A stretch of 64,000 nt of DNA from Anaeromyxobacteraceae bacterium (GCA_047602405.1 JASGHJ010000002.1:1344001-1408000), one strand, 5' to 3'; positions 30,543-41,056 are shown, counted from the first letter of the stretch. Made by a program: numbers and translations. The notes: generated by a model not told the origin, from the letters alone.

Positions 30543-31248
30543 TCAGCGGACGCGCGCCACCTCGATGGCGCGCTGATCGAGCTGGCGGTACGTCTGGATG
30601 GCCTGCATGGAGGCGTCGTAGGAGCGCTGCGCGTTCACGAGCGCGATGGTCGCCTCGAGGGCGTTGGAGTTGCCGAGCTCGATCTCGCCGATGCGCACGC
30701 CGGCCTCGACCGGCACCGCGCGGCCGCCCTGGCCGGGCGCGAGCATGGAGGGGCCGACCCGGTCGACCGTCCCCTCGAGGCGGGCGAGGGCGAGGTGTGC
30801 GACCTCGGCGTCGTCCGCCCACACCGTGCCCCGGGCGTCGATGCGCGCCGCGCGATCGGGGGAGGGTGATGGGGTTGCCGTCGCGCCCGAGCACCAGGCG
30901 GCCGTCAGAGACGAGACGCCGCGCCCCGTCGAGCGTCAAGCGGCCGTCGCGCGTGTACGCCGTGGCGCCGGCCGGGGTCCTGAGCGTCAGGAAGGCGCCG
31001 TCCTCGGGCACGAGATCCAGGGGGTTGCCGGTGGTGGCGGTGGGGCCGGGGCGCAGGTCGAAGCCGGTGGCGACGGCGGCGGGGTAGTGCTTGTCCTGGG
31101 CCCCGCTGGGCGCCATGAAGGCCTCGAAGGCCGGGCGCGCGGCCTTGAAGCCGGGCGTCTGGGCGTTGGCGAGGTTGTCCGCGACGGAGTCGAGCTGCTC
31201 CTGTCGCGCGACCGCCCCGCACATGCTCACGTAGAGTCCGTCTGCCAT
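30543..31248 (-). CDS. flgF: Rod protein FlgF; apparent frameshift at a G5 run next to GATC (~30854-30862)
   Basis: DNLANAQTPGFK and YTRDGRL in the 5' frame; ELGNSNALE...AQRSYD in the 3' frame. Confidence 0.88.
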
Positions 31249-31272
31249 GCACACACCTCGCGGGGACGCATG

Positions 31273-31288
31273 AGCAAGGGCCGGGCCA
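31273..31288 (-). promoter_or_regulatory. Sigma54 promoter of the flgF operon
   Basis: Minus strand TGGCCCGGCCCTTGCT. Confidence 0.75.
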
Positions 31289-31313
31289 GCGTCGAACCCC
31301 TGGCGGATCGGGC

Positions 31314-31329
31314 TGGCATCCTCGTTGCT
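31314..31329 (+). promoter_or_regulatory. Sigma54 promoter of fliJ (divergent)
   Basis: TGGCATCCTCGTTGCT. Confidence 0.75.
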
Positions 31330-31427
31330 CTGGCGGAGGGGCAGGAGGTGCCCGGCCGAACCGGCCGCGCGGAAGAACGCAGCGTCGCGCGCGGGTGGGC
31401 TTATCGGAAACCGGGCCTCGTGACGTA

Positions 31428-31856
31428 ATGCCCAACGTGGTGCCCAAGACTCGACTCGACCGTTTGGTCCAGCTCCGCGAGCGCACGGAAGACGTGGCGC
31501 TCGAGAACCTCGCCCACGCGCAGTCGAGCCTGGGGCGCGCCTCGGCGCGGCTCGCCGGGCTCCGCCAGGAAGCGAAGCGCGACGGCCGCAGCCGCGGGTC
31601 GGTCGACCTGTGGGCGGTCGAGGAGGGCGCCCACGTCCGCGCCCTCCAGGCGATCCGCACCGCCGAGCGCGAGCTCGCCCAGGCCGTCCGCACCGAGCAG
31701 GTCGCGCGCGTCGGCTACGGGACCGCGTACCGGAGCGCGGAGGTGATCCGCCGGGCGCAGGACAAGAAGCGCACGGAGCTCCTCGACGCGGCCGAGAAGC
31801 GCGAGCAGAGGGCGCTCGACGAGCTCGCCACGCTCCGCTTCAACGCCGGCCCCTGA
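31428..31856 (+). CDS. fliJ: Flagellar export protein FliJ
   Basis: RLDRLVQLRE N-terminus, coiled coil, REQRALDELA C-terminal motif. Confidence 0.8.
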   Translation: MPNVVPKTRLDRLVQLRERTEDVALENLAHAQSSLGRASARLAGLRQEAKRDGRSRGSVDLWAVEEGAHVRALQAIRTAERELAQAVRTEQVARVGYGTAYRSAEVIRRAQDKKRTELLDAAEKREQRALDELATLRFNAGP

Positions 31857-31899
31857 TCGCGCGCCCGCGCGGCGTCCCGGGGTCTCGGGACAGCCGGGT

Positions 31900-33882
31900 G
31901 TGCACCCCTCCCACCCGGCGAACGCGGGTGGAAATCGGCGTCCTCGCCTGATTGACTGCGCTCGGGGGGACGGGCGTCCGACGCGCTCCCCTCCCCCGAC
32001 CGATGACGCTCGCCGCCTGCCTCACGCTTCTTCTCCGTTCGGGGTCGCCTGCTACGTGGCGCTGCTCAGCCGCCAGCTCGCGCGGGCCCCCGGCTGGAAG
32101 GACCTGCGCCACTTCTCGGTGGCGGCGATCGCGTACGCGCTCTACGCGCTGCTCGATCTCCCCACCACCGCGCCGGTGCTCTCCGACCGCGCCGTCTGGT
32201 ACGCCTCCCGCGTGCAGTTCGCGCTGCTGTCGCTGCACAGCTGGGCGTGGGTCCGCTACTCCGCCGCGGTGCTGGACGACTCGAGCCGCCGGGTCGAGCG
32301 CTGGGCCGATCCCCTCCTGCTCGGGCTCGGGATCACGGGGCTCTTCACGCCGTGGTTCCTGCCGGGGGAGGTCGTGGTCACCGGCCTCGCCGCCTTCGGC
32401 CTGCACTACCGCACCGCGGCCTCGAGCACGCTCGGCGGCGTCGCCTACGTCGTCGCGCTCGGCACGCTGGTCGTGCCGATCGTGCGGCTGCGCCGGGCGC
32501 AGCGGCAGGGGCTGCCGAACGCCGGCCTCCAGGTGGGCGCGCTCGTGGTGCTGCTCGTGACCGGGCTGAACGACATCCTGGTCGTGGCGGGCGTCTACCA
32601 GGCGCCCTACCTCGTGAGCGTCGCGTTCCTCCTCCCGATCACCGCGGTGGCGTACGCGCTCACCGAGCGCTTCATCGGCGACGCGAAAGCCCACGTCGAG
32701 CTCCAGCGCGAGCTCGAGCGGCAGGTGAACGAGCGCACCGCGGAGCTCGGCCGCGCGCAGGACGCCCTCCACCGCGCGGAGAAGCTCGCGGCGCTGGGGC
32801 AGTTCGCGGCCGGCGTGGCGCACGAGGTCAACAACCCCGCCGCGGTCATCGCCGCGAACCTGCAGTACCTGACCGCCAACGAGGCCGAGGTCCTCTCGTC
32901 GTCGGGCAAGGACGCCGTCGACGAGTCGCTCCTCTCGGTGACCCGCATCAGCACCATCGTGCGCCAGCTGCTCGACGCGGGCCGGCTCGCGGCGGCCGCC
33001 GAGAGCGCCGGGAGCGTGCGGCTCCGCCCGCTGGGCGACCACGCGCTCTCGGTGGCGCGCGCCCGGTTCGGGCGGCGCGTCCTCGTCACGAACCGGATCC
33101 CGGAGGCGCTCCACGCGCTCGGCCAGGAGACGGTCATCGTGCAGGTGCTCGTGAACCTGATCGTGAACGCGGTGCAGGCGATCGAGCCCCACCGCACCGA
33201 CGGGCACGTCATCGCCTCCGCCGAGGCCGACGGCGATCGGGTCCGGCTCCTCGTCGAGGACAACGGCGCGGGCATGCCGCCGGAGGTGCTCCGGCGCGTG
33301 TTCGAGCCCTTCTTCACCACGAAGGCGTTCGGGGCCGGCACCGGCCTCGGCCTGGCGGTCTCCCGCGGCCTCATCGCCGGCATGGGCGGCGACCTGCGCC
33401 TCGAGAGCGAGGCGGGCAAGGGCACCCGCGCCACCGTGGAGCTGCCGCTCGCGGCGCCGGGCGACGTCGTCGCCGCGCCGCGCGCGGAGCCCGCCCGCGG
33501 CCCGCGGCTCACGATGCTCATCGTGGACGACGAGGCGACCGTGCTCACGTCGCTCCGGCGCCTGCTCGCGCCGGGGTACGAGCTCGACGTCGCGACGGGG
33601 GTCGACGAGGCGCTCGGGCTGCTCGGGCGCACCCGGTTCGACGTGGTGCTGTGCGACGTGATGATGCCCTCGGGAGGTGGGGAGCGGCTCTTCCGGACGC
33701 TGCTCGAGCGCGACCCCGCCGCGGCGCGGCGCGTCGTGTTCTTCACGGGCGGGGCGGTCACGGAGGCGGCGCGGGTGTTCCTGCGCAGCCAGCCCCAGCC
33801 GGTGCTCGAGAAGCCGCTCGACATCGCAGAGCTCGCCCGGGCCGCGGAGCGTCTCCGCACCCCGCAGGGCGACCTGCACTGA
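31900..33882 (+). CDS. Membrane hybrid histidine kinase (multi-TM-HisKA-HATPase-REC)
   Basis: About 7 hydrophobic segments, AHEVNNP, NLIVNA, DNGAG, GTGLGL, LIVDDE...CDVMMP. The true start may be ATG 32003 with a frameshift near 32030. Confidence 0.88.
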   Translation: MHPSHPANAGGNRRPRLIDCARGDGRPTRSPPPTDDARRLPHASSPFGVACYVALLSRQLARAPGWKDLRHFSVAAIAYALYALLDLPTTAPVLSDRAVWYASRVQFALLSLHSWAWVRYSAAVLDDSSRRVERWADPLLLGLGITGLFTPWFLPGEVVVTGLAAFGLHYRTAASSTLGGVAYVVALGTLVVPIVRLRRAQRQGLPNAGLQVGALVVLLVTGLNDILVVAGVYQAPYLVSVAFLLPITAVAYALTERFIGDAKAHVELQRELERQVNERTAELGRAQDALHRAEKLAALGQFAAGVAHEVNNPAAVIAANLQYLTANEAEVLSSSGKDAVDESLLSVTRISTIVRQLLDAGRLAAAAESAGSVRLRPLGDHALSVARARFGRRVLVTNRIPEALHALGQETVIVQVLVNLIVNAVQAIEPHRTDGHVIASAEADGDRVRLLVEDNGAGMPPEVLRRVFEPFFTTKAFGAGTGLGLAVSRGLIAGMGGDLRLESEAGKGTRATVELPLAAPGDVVAAPRAEPARGPRLTMLIVDDEATVLTSLRRLLAPGYELDVATGVDEALGLLGRTRFDVVLCDVMMPSGGGERLFRTLLERDPAAARRVVFFTGGAVTEAARVFLRSQPQPVLEKPLDIAELARAAERLRTPQGDLH

Positions 33883-34016
33883 GTTCTCGGCCCTTAGTGC
33901 CTTGAAATTCCAGGAGTTTCACTCCTCGTGTCGGAGCGTCGAGGTACGTGTGGCTCGCACAGCCACCGTACCCTTCGGTACACGACCCGCGCTGGTGCAG
34001 CGAGGAGCAGCTCCAG

Positions 34017-35240
34017 ATGGACGTCTTCGAGAAGTGCATGGCGATCCCGCCGGGCGTGAAGCTGAAGAACGCGGGGTTCGACGCGTACTACCGCGTGCTG
34101 CAGTCGGCCCCGGACACCGAGGTGGTGGTCGACGGCCGGCGGATGATCATGCTCGGCTCCAACAACTACCTGGGGCTCGCCACCGACCCGCGCGTCAAGC
34201 GCGCCGCCGTCGAGGCGACGGAGCAGTGGGGCGCCGGCACCACCGGCTCCCGCGTCCTGAACGGCACCCTCGAGCTGCACGCCGACGTGGAGCGCAAGCT
34301 CGCGCGCTTCCTCCGGCGCGACGCGGCGCTCTTCTTCACGTCCGGCTACATGGCGAACCTGGGCGTGATCTCGTCGCTCGCCCACCGCGGCGAGTACGTG
34401 ATCGTCGACCGGCGCGCCCACGCGAGCATCCTCGACGGGTGCCGGCTCTCGCTCGCCGAGACGAAGCGGTTCCGGCACAACGACCCGGACGACCTGAGGC
34501 GCGTGCTCGACGCGTGCGGGGACGCCGGCAAGCTCGTGGCGATCGACGGCATCTACTCGATGGAGGGCGACATCGCCCCGCTGCCGCGCATCGTCGAGGC
34601 CTGCCGCGAGTTCGGCGCGCGCATCGTGCTCGACGACGCGCACGGCCTCGGCGTGCTGGGCCGGGACGGCCGCGGCACCGCCGAGCACTTCGGCCTCGAG
34701 GACCAGATCGACGTCGTGGTCGGCACGACCTCGAAGTCGCTCCCCGCCGTCGGCGGGTTCGCGGCCGGCGAGCAGGCGGTCATGGACTACCTGAAGTGGG
34801 GGCAGGTGAACCGGCCGCTCCTCTTCGCGGCGAGCCCGCCCGCCGGCGCCGTCGCGGCCGTGCGCGCGGCGCTCGAGATCCTGGAGCGGGAGCCGGACCT
34901 GCGCCGCCGGCTGTGGGACCACACCCGGCGCGTCCTGCACGCGGTGCGCACGATGGGCTTCGACGTCGGCCACACCGCCACGCCGATCCTCCCGATCAGG
35001 GTCGGCACGATGGAGACCACCTTCGAGATGTGGCGGCAGCTCTCGGAGGAGGGCGTGTTCGTGAACGTGGTGCTGCCGCCGGCGGTGCCGGCGGGCGGGT
35101 GCATCATCCGGATGACGCTCACCGCCGCCCTCTCGAGCGAGCAGATTGACCACGTCCTCGGCGCCCTCGAGCGCGTGGGCAAGCGGCTGGGGCTCATCGG
35201 CGGCGCCGCGCCCGTCGCGAGCGAGCGTAAGGCGGGGTAG
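34017..35240 (+). CDS. PLP-dependent alpha-oxoamine synthase (serine palmitoyltransferase-like)
   Basis: MLGSNNYLGL, GSRVLNGT, HASILDG, YSMEGD, DDAHG, GTTSKS. GAGGAG RBS before ATG 34017. Confidence 0.8.
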   Translation: MDVFEKCMAIPPGVKLKNAGFDAYYRVLQSAPDTEVVVDGRRMIMLGSNNYLGLATDPRVKRAAVEATEQWGAGTTGSRVLNGTLELHADVERKLARFLRRDAALFFTSGYMANLGVISSLAHRGEYVIVDRRAHASILDGCRLSLAETKRFRHNDPDDLRRVLDACGDAGKLVAIDGIYSMEGDIAPLPRIVEACREFGARIVLDDAHGLGVLGRDGRGTAEHFGLEDQIDVVVGTTSKSLPAVGGFAAGEQAVMDYLKWGQVNRPLLFAASPPAGAVAAVRAALEILEREPDLRRRLWDHTRRVLHAVRTMGFDVGHTATPILPIRVGTMETTFEMWRQLSEEGVFVNVVLPPAVPAGGCIIRMTLTAALSSEQIDHVLGALERVGKRLGLIGGAAPVASERKAG

Positions 35241-35302
35241 GCGCTTCACCGGTTGTCGTGGATCAGGGCGCGCCCCCGCGCCGGGGGCGTAGCCTCGTCC
35301 CC

Positions 35303-36172
35303 ATGCGCCTCCCGATCCTCCTCGCCGCGGCCGCGCTCGCCTCCGCCGGCTGCGCGGCCCCCAGCTACGTCGGCCAGACCGGCCGCGTGACGCCGCGCCA
35401 CGCCTTCCGCGGCTCGGTCGGCGCCGGCTACCAGCTCTCCACCGGCGCCGCCTCGGTGGTGAAGGACGGCCGGGACCTCGCGAAGACGCTGAACGACAAG
35501 CGCCGGGCCTGCCCGGACCTGTCCGCCGCGGCCTGCTGGGACGCCGCCGACGTCGAGCCGGTCGTGGACGCGGCCTACCGGTTCGCGCTCGCCGCCCCGC
35601 TCTCCGCCTCGACCGAGGTGGGCCTGCGCTACGGGTTCGCCTCCGGCTTCGACGCGGGGCTGCGCTGGGGCCCGGCCGTGAAGGGGCTCGACGTGGGCTG
35701 GCAGCTCCACGGTCCCCGGGACGCGTCCGACGGCTGGGCCGGGACGGTCCTCCTCGGCTGGTCGAGCCGCAAGCTCGGGGCCCTCGGCACGGCCATCGAG
35801 GACGTGTTCCAGGGCGACGCCTCGCTCACCGACTACGCGCTCACCTACGTGACCGGGTTCGAGTACCGCGAGATTGCCCACGTCTACCTGGGCGGGCGCT
35901 TCCTCGCCTCCCGCTGGAAGGCCCAGATCATCCCCGACATCCCGATCGTCTACGACGGCGGGGAGGTCCAGGCCCGGCTCCTGGGCACGGACGCGAGCGG
36001 GGCCCTCGCGCACTGGGGCGGGTTCGGGGGCGTGGCCCTCGGGTACAAGCGGGTCTGGATCGGCGCCGAGCTCTCCCTCCTGTGGACCTCGGGCTCCGCG
36101 CGGATCATGTTCGAGGACCGCAGCGTGTCCGGCCTCGGCGTGATGCCCTCCGTGTTCCTGTACGCGCAGTAG
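35303..36172 (+). CDS. Hypothetical lipoprotein, possibly an outer-membrane beta-barrel
   Basis: Lipobox SAGC, amphipathic beta-strand pattern rich in Gly and aromatic residues. Confidence 0.6.
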   Translation: MRLPILLAAAALASAGCAAPSYVGQTGRVTPRHAFRGSVGAGYQLSTGAASVVKDGRDLAKTLNDKRRACPDLSAAACWDAADVEPVVDAAYRFALAAPLSASTEVGLRYGFASGFDAGLRWGPAVKGLDVGWQLHGPRDASDGWAGTVLLGWSSRKLGALGTAIEDVFQGDASLTDYALTYVTGFEYREIAHVYLGGRFLASRWKAQIIPDIPIVYDGGEVQARLLGTDASGALAHWGGFGGVALGYKRVWIGAELSLLWTSGSARIMFEDRSVSGLGVMPSVFLYAQ

Positions 36173-36181
36173 ACCGGCCGC

Positions 36182-36868
36182 TCAGCCACCCTGCACGCCG
36201 GCCCGGAGGCGCTTCACGGCGTCGGAGTGCAGCTGGCACACGCGCGGCTCGGAGACCTGGAGGATCTTCGCGATCTCCCGGTAGGTGAGCCCCTCGTCGT
36301 AGTAGAGCGCGAGCAGGATCTGCAGGCGCTCCGGCAGGGCCTGGATCGCCGTCGTCAGCACGCCGCGCAGCTTCGCCTGATCGAGCGCCTCGTCGGCGGG
36401 CACGGAGTCGGGCTGGGGGAGCTCCTCCGGCACCGGCATCGAGGGCTGGACGAGCGTCAGGACCTCGAAGACGTCCTCCAGCGGCAGGTTGAGCGCGCCG
36501 GCGATCTCCTCCGCGGCGGGCTCGCGGCCGAGGGCGTGCGAGAGCCGCGCGCGCTCGCGCTCGACCTTGTCGATGTCCGCGCGCAGGCGGCGGGGGAGGT
36601 GATCCATGCGGCGCATCTCGTCGAGCATCGCGCCGCGGATCCGGTGCTCCACGAAGGTCTCGAACTTCACGTCGCGCGTCGCGTCGTAGCGCCGCGCGGC
36701 CTCGATGAGCCCCATCGCGCCGGCCGACCACAGGTCGTCCGGGGCCACCGCCCGCCCGGTCCGCGCCGACAGCCTGCGGGCGCACCGGTCGAGCAGCGGC
36801 CCGTACCGCTGCACGAGCTCGCGCTCGGAGTCGGACCCTGCGGTCCCGTAGCGGAGCGCGCGGTTCAT
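36182..36868 (-). CDS. fliA: RNA polymerase sigma-28 factor FliA
   Basis: DDLWSAGAMGLIEA, RIRGAMLDEMR, LYYDEGLTYREIA...RVCQLH. Confidence 0.95.
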   Translation of the reverse strand: MNRALRYGTAGSDSERELVQRYGPLLDRCARRLSARTGRAVAPDDLWSAGAMGLIEAARRYDATRDVKFETFVEHRIRGAMLDEMRRMDHLPRRLRADIDKVERERARLSHALGREPAAEEIAGALNLPLEDVFEVLTLVQPSMPVPEELPQPDSVPADEALDQAKLRGVLTTAIQALPERLQILLALYYDEGLTYREIAKILQVSEPRVCQLHSDAVKRLRAGVQGG

Positions 36869-37749
36869 GCGTCGGCCGGGGCCTCCCGCTCGCGCAGGAG
36901 CTGCTGCCAGAAGAGCTTCACGCCGCCGGGGAGGGTGCGGGGCGGCTTCGAGGCGAGGAGGGTCTCGGCGAGCGTCCCGAGCGCGCGGGCGGCGGGCGAG
37001 CGGGGGTAGAGGTCCACGAGGGGCTGCTGGACCTGCAGCGCGCGCTGGAGGTTCTCGTCGCGCGGCACGGAGCCGAGGTACGACAGGCGCGCGGAGAGGA
37101 ACCGCTCGGTCACCTGGGTCAGGCGGCGGAACACGTCGCGGCCCTGGAAGTCGGCGGCCTGGTTCGCGACCACCTGGAAGTGCGAGACGCCCGCCTGCTG
37201 GGAGAGGACCTTCACGGTCGCGTACGCGTCGGAGAGCGAGGTCGGCTCGGGCGAGACCACGAGCAGCGCCTCCTGCGAGGCCCCCGCGAAGAAGAGGACG
37301 TTGTCGCCGATGCCGGCCCCACAGTCGACGAAGACGAGGTCGAACCGGTCGTCGAGCGGATCGAAGGCCGAGACCAGCCGGAGCTTCTGCTCGTCGGTGA
37401 GCTGGGTGAGCTCCTGGATGCCGGAGGAGGCCGAGAGCACCCGCATGCCGTGCGGGCCGGGGGTGAGGACCTCGTCGGCGCTCGCGGCGCCGTCGAGCAG
37501 GTGGCCGAGGTGGTGGGTGGGCGAGAGGCCGAGCACGATGTCGGCGTTCGCGAGGCCGAGGTCGGCGTCGACGAGCAGGACGCGGCGCCCGGCGCGCGCG
37601 GCGAGGACGGCGAGGTTGGCGGCGACGTGCGTCTTGCCGACGCCGCCCTTGCCGCTCGTGACCGCGATCACGCGCAGGGGCGCCGGGGGCCTCCCCACCT
37701 TGTCACGGAGGCTCTGCGCCTGGTCCACCACGGTGCGGCTCCCTTCCAT
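36865..37749 (-). CDS. flhG: MinD-like flagellar number regulator FlhG/FleN
   Basis: DQAQSLR, VTSGKGGVGKT, DADLGLAN, EPTSLSDAYA. Confidence 0.93.
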   Translation of the reverse strand: MEGSRTVVDQAQSLRDKVGRPPAPLRVIAVTSGKGGVGKTHVAANLAVLAARAGRRVLLVDADLGLANADIVLGLSPTHHLGHLLDGAASADEVLTPGPHGMRVLSASSGIQELTQLTDEQKLRLVSAFDPLDDRFDLVFVDCGAGIGDNVLFFAGASQEALLVVSPEPTSLSDAYATVKVLSQQAGVSHFQVVANQAADFQGRDVFRRLTQVTERFLSARLSYLGSVPRDENLQRALQVQQPLVDLYPRSPAARALGTLAETLLASKPPRTLPGGVKLFWQQLLREREAPADA

Positions 37750-37751
37750 GT

Positions 37752-38894
37752 TCACGCCGGCTCCCGGCCCGCCACGAGGTCCACGAGCTGCGGCCCGGTC
37801 AGGGCGTGCAGGTCCTCGGGGACGCGCTGGCCGTCGGCGACGCAGCTCACCGGCCGCTGCACCCGCGCCGACGCCGAGAGGATGCTGCCAGGTCCCGCGG
37901 CCTCGTCCACCTTCGTGACGATCAGCCGGTCGGGGGCGAGCTCGCGGTAGCGGTCGGCGACGGCCGCGAGCTCGTGCGCGCCGGTCGCGGCGGAGACGCA
38001 CAGGTGGAGCTGGACGCGGGGGACGGTGCGGACGAGCGCGGCCTGGCGCGCGACGTCCTCGGGCGCGGACCGGCCGGCGGTGTCGATGAGGACGAGGTCG
38101 GCGTCGTGCAGCCGCTCCATGGCGCGGCCGAGCTCGGCGCGGTCCCGGGCGACGAGCACCGGCACGTTCATGATCTCGCCGTAGCGGGCGAGCTGCTCGG
38201 TGGCGCCGATGCGGTAGGTGTCGAGGGTCACGAAGGCGACGCGCTTCTTCGTCTCGAGCAGCGCGCGCGCCGCGAGCTTCGCGAGGGTGGTGGTCTTGCC
38301 GACGCCGGTCGGGCCGACCGCCGCGAGGACGTGGCGCCCCTCGAGCAGCCAGGGGGCGCGGCAGGGCACGAGCCGCTCGCCCAGGAGATCCTTCACGGTC
38401 TCGAGCAGGCGCGCCGGCTCGGGCGGCACGGAGGCGAGGGCGGAGCGCACGAGGCCCTCGGCGAGGGTCGGCTCGACGCCCCGGCCGACGAGGCGGGCGT
38501 GGAGGGCGGCGCCGGCGGGGGGCAGCTGGAGGTCGCGGCCGGCCTGGGCCTCGCGGGTGACCTGGGCGAGGGCCTTGCGGGCCTCCTCGACGGAGCGGCG
38601 CAGCATGCGGAGCTCGTCGTGGAGGGGGTCGTCCGGGGGCCGGACCACCACCGGCGGGGGCGGCGGCGGCCGCGGTGTGGGTGCGGCGTCCACCTCCGGC
38701 GCCCGCGGCCGGGGGGCCGGCGGGGGCTCGGGGGCGAGGGCGGCCGTGATCTCGACCTCCGGCCGCCGGAAGAGCCCGCCGTCCACCGTGCGCGTCGACA
38801 CGATGACGGCCTCTGGGCCGAAGGCCGCCTTCACCGCCGCGAGGGCCGAGGCGGAATCGGGGGCTCGAAAGGTGCGCATCATCGGCTGCGTCAT
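37752..38894 (-). CDS. flhF: SRP-family GTPase FlhF
   Basis: GPTGVGKTTT, DTYRIGA, DTAGRS, TKVDE, GQRVPEDL. Confidence 0.95.
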   Translation of the reverse strand: MTQPMMRTFRAPDSASALAAVKAAFGPEAVIVSTRTVDGGLFRRPEVEITAALAPEPPPAPRPRAPEVDAAPTPRPPPPPPVVVRPPDDPLHDELRMLRRSVEEARKALAQVTREAQAGRDLQLPPAGAALHARLVGRGVEPTLAEGLVRSALASVPPEPARLLETVKDLLGERLVPCRAPWLLEGRHVLAAVGPTGVGKTTTLAKLAARALLETKKRVAFVTLDTYRIGATEQLARYGEIMNVPVLVARDRAELGRAMERLHDADLVLIDTAGRSAPEDVARQAALVRTVPRVQLHLCVSAATGAHELAAVADRYRELAPDRLIVTKVDEAAGPGSILSASARVQRPVSCVADGQRVPEDLHALTGPQLVDLVAGREPA

Positions 38895-38929
38895 CGGGTT
38901 GGCTCCGGGCTGCTCCGGGGGCTACCGAT

Positions 38930-38945
38930 TGCAAGGGCCCTGCCG
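38930..38945 (-). promoter_or_regulatory. Sigma54 promoter of flhF-flhG-fliA
   Basis: Minus strand CGGCAGGGCCCTTGCA. Confidence 0.7.
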
Positions 38946-38971
38946 CAGGTCCTTCTGACGGGGCCGCGGCG

Positions 38972-41056
38972 TCACGCCGCGAGGGCCCCCTGCGCCTGGA
39001 TGGTGCCCGCCGGCTCCACGGTGGTCCCGGGTACGAGCTCCCGGGCGGTCACCACGAGGACGTCGGGCACGAAGCGGCTCGCGAACTCGAACAGCGGCCG
39101 CCGGAGGTCGGGGGGCGCGAGCAGCACGACCGGCTGGCCCGCCGCGGCGAGCTGCGTCGCGCGGCCCTCGAGCGAGGCGACCAGGCGGCGGGCGGTCTCG
39201 ACGTCGGGCGCGAGCGCCGCCTCGCCGTCGGACGCGCCGAGGGTCTGCCGGAGGACCTCCTCGGTCGGGCGGTCGAGGGTGAGGGCCCGGATCGTGCCGT
39301 CGGGGCCCACCGCCCGGGCGGTGATGCTCCTCGCGAGCCGGCGGCGCGCCGACTCCACGAGGTAGCCCGTGTCCTTGGAGCGGGGCGCCGCGTCGGCCAC
39401 CGCCTCGAGCACCGTGCGGAGGTCGCGCACCGAGACGCCCTCGCGGAGCAGGCCGCGGACGACGCGGACGAGCTCGCCGAGCGTGAGGGTGCCGGGCACC
39501 ACGTCCTCCACGAGCTTCGGCGCCTCGCGCCCGAGCACGCCGATGAGCTCCTGCACCTCCTGGCGGCCGACGAGCTCGTGGGCGTTCCGGCGGAGCAGCT
39601 CGGAGACGTGGGTGGTGATGACCGAGGCGGCGTCGACGAGGGTGAGCCCCATGGCCTCGGCGCGGGGCCGGTCGGAGGGCGTGATCCAGATCGCCGGCAG
39701 GCCGAAGGCCGGGTCCATGCCGCGCAGGCCCTCGATGGCGGGCGCGTCGCCGCTCGGGTCGAGCGCCATGAGGCGGTCGAGGTGGGCGGTGCCCTTGCCG
39801 ATCTCGAGGCCGCGCAGGAGCAGGCGGTACCCGGTGCCCTCGAGGCGCAGGTTGTCGCGCAGGTGGACCGAGGGCAGGACGATGCCGAGGTCGGTCGCGA
39901 GCTGGCGCCGCAGCGCCGTGACGCGGCCGGGGAGCTCGCCGCCCTTGTCGAGGTCGATGAGGCCGACGAGCGAGAAGCCCACCTCGAGCTCGAGGGTGTC
40001 GAGGGCGAGGAGGTCCTGGACCCGCTCCGGCGCGCCCTTCTGGTCCTCGCGGGGCCGGACCGGCTGGGCGGCGGCGGCCTCCTGGGCGGCCTTCGCGCGG
40101 CGGGAGGCGAGGAGCATCGCGCCCGCCACCGAGGCGAACGCGAGGAGCGGCATCCCGGGGAGCAGGCCGATGGCGATCAGCACGATCGCGGAGGTGCGCA
40201 GGACGCCGGGCTTCCCGAACAGCTGGGTGCCGACCTGCGTGCCGAGGTCGGTGCCGGCGGCGCGGGTCACGACCACGCCGGCCGCGGTCGAGACGAGGAG
40301 GGCGGGGATTTGGGTGACGAGGCCGTCGCCGATGGTCAGGAGCGAGTAGGTCTCGGCGGCCTGGGCGAGCCCCATGTGATCGCGCAGGAGGCCGGCCACG
40401 AGCCCGCCCACCAGGTTGACGCCGGTGATGGCGAGGCCGGCCATCGCGTCGCCGCGGACGAACTTCGAGGCGCCGTCCATCGCGCCGAAGAACTCGGCCT
40501 CCCGCTCCAGCTCGCGGCGGCGGGTCTTCGCCTCGCGGTCGTCGATGGCGCCCGAGGCGAGGTCGGCGTCGATCGACATCTGCTTGCCGGGCATCGCGTC
40601 GAGGGTGAACCGGGCGGCGACCTCGGAGACGCGGTTCGAGCCCTTCGTGATGACCGAGAAGTTCACGATCATCAGGATGAGGAAGATGACGAGGCCCACC
40701 ACCAGGCTGCCGCCGACCGCGAACCGGCCGAAGGTCTCGATGAGGTGACCCGCCGCGCCGGTGCCCTCGCCGCCGTGCAGGAGGATGTTGCGGGTCGTCG
40801 CCACCGAGAGGGCGAGGCGGAACAGGGTGATGATGAGGAGGAGGGAGGGGAAGACCGAGAAGTCCATCGCGCGGGTGAGGCCGAGCGCGATGAGGAGCAT
40901 CAGCACCGACAGGCCGATGGAGAGGGTGAGGAAGACGTCCAGCCCGGCGGCCGGCACCGGGACGATCATGATCGCGACGGTGGCGAGCACCGCGAAGGCG
41001 ATCAGCATCTCGTTGCGGGCGGCGCTGGGCGCCTGCGGGGCGTTCGGCGTGCTCAT
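38972..41056 (-). CDS. flhA: Flagellar export gate FlhA
   Basis: FSVFPSLLL, EVAARFTLDAMPGKQMSIDADL, FFGAMDGASKFVRGD. Confidence 0.97.
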   Translation of the reverse strand: MSTPNAPQAPSAARNEMLIAFAVLATVAIMIVPVPAAGLDVFLTLSIGLSVLMLLIALGLTRAMDFSVFPSLLLIITLFRLALSVATTRNILLHGGEGTGAAGHLIETFGRFAVGGSLVVGLVIFLILMIVNFSVITKGSNRVSEVAARFTLDAMPGKQMSIDADLASGAIDDREAKTRRRELEREAEFFGAMDGASKFVRGDAMAGLAITGVNLVGGLVAGLLRDHMGLAQAAETYSLLTIGDGLVTQIPALLVSTAAGVVVTRAAGTDLGTQVGTQLFGKPGVLRTSAIVLIAIGLLPGMPLLAFASVAGAMLLASRRAKAAQEAAAAQPVRPREDQKGAPERVQDLLALDTLELEVGFSLVGLIDLDKGGELPGRVTALRRQLATDLGIVLPSVHLRDNLRLEGTGYRLLLRGLEIGKGTAHLDRLMALDPSGDAPAIEGLRGMDPAFGLPAIWITPSDRPRAEAMGLTLVDAASVITTHVSELLRRNAHELVGRQEVQELIGVLGREAPKLVEDVVPGTLTLGELVRVVRGLLREGVSVRDLRTVLEAVADAAPRSKDTGYLVESARRRLARSITARAVGPDGTIRALTLDRPTEEVLRQTLGASDGEAALAPDVETARRLVASLEGRATQLAAAGQPVVLLAPPDLRRPLFEFASRFVPDVLVVTARELVPGTTVEPAGTIQAQGALAA

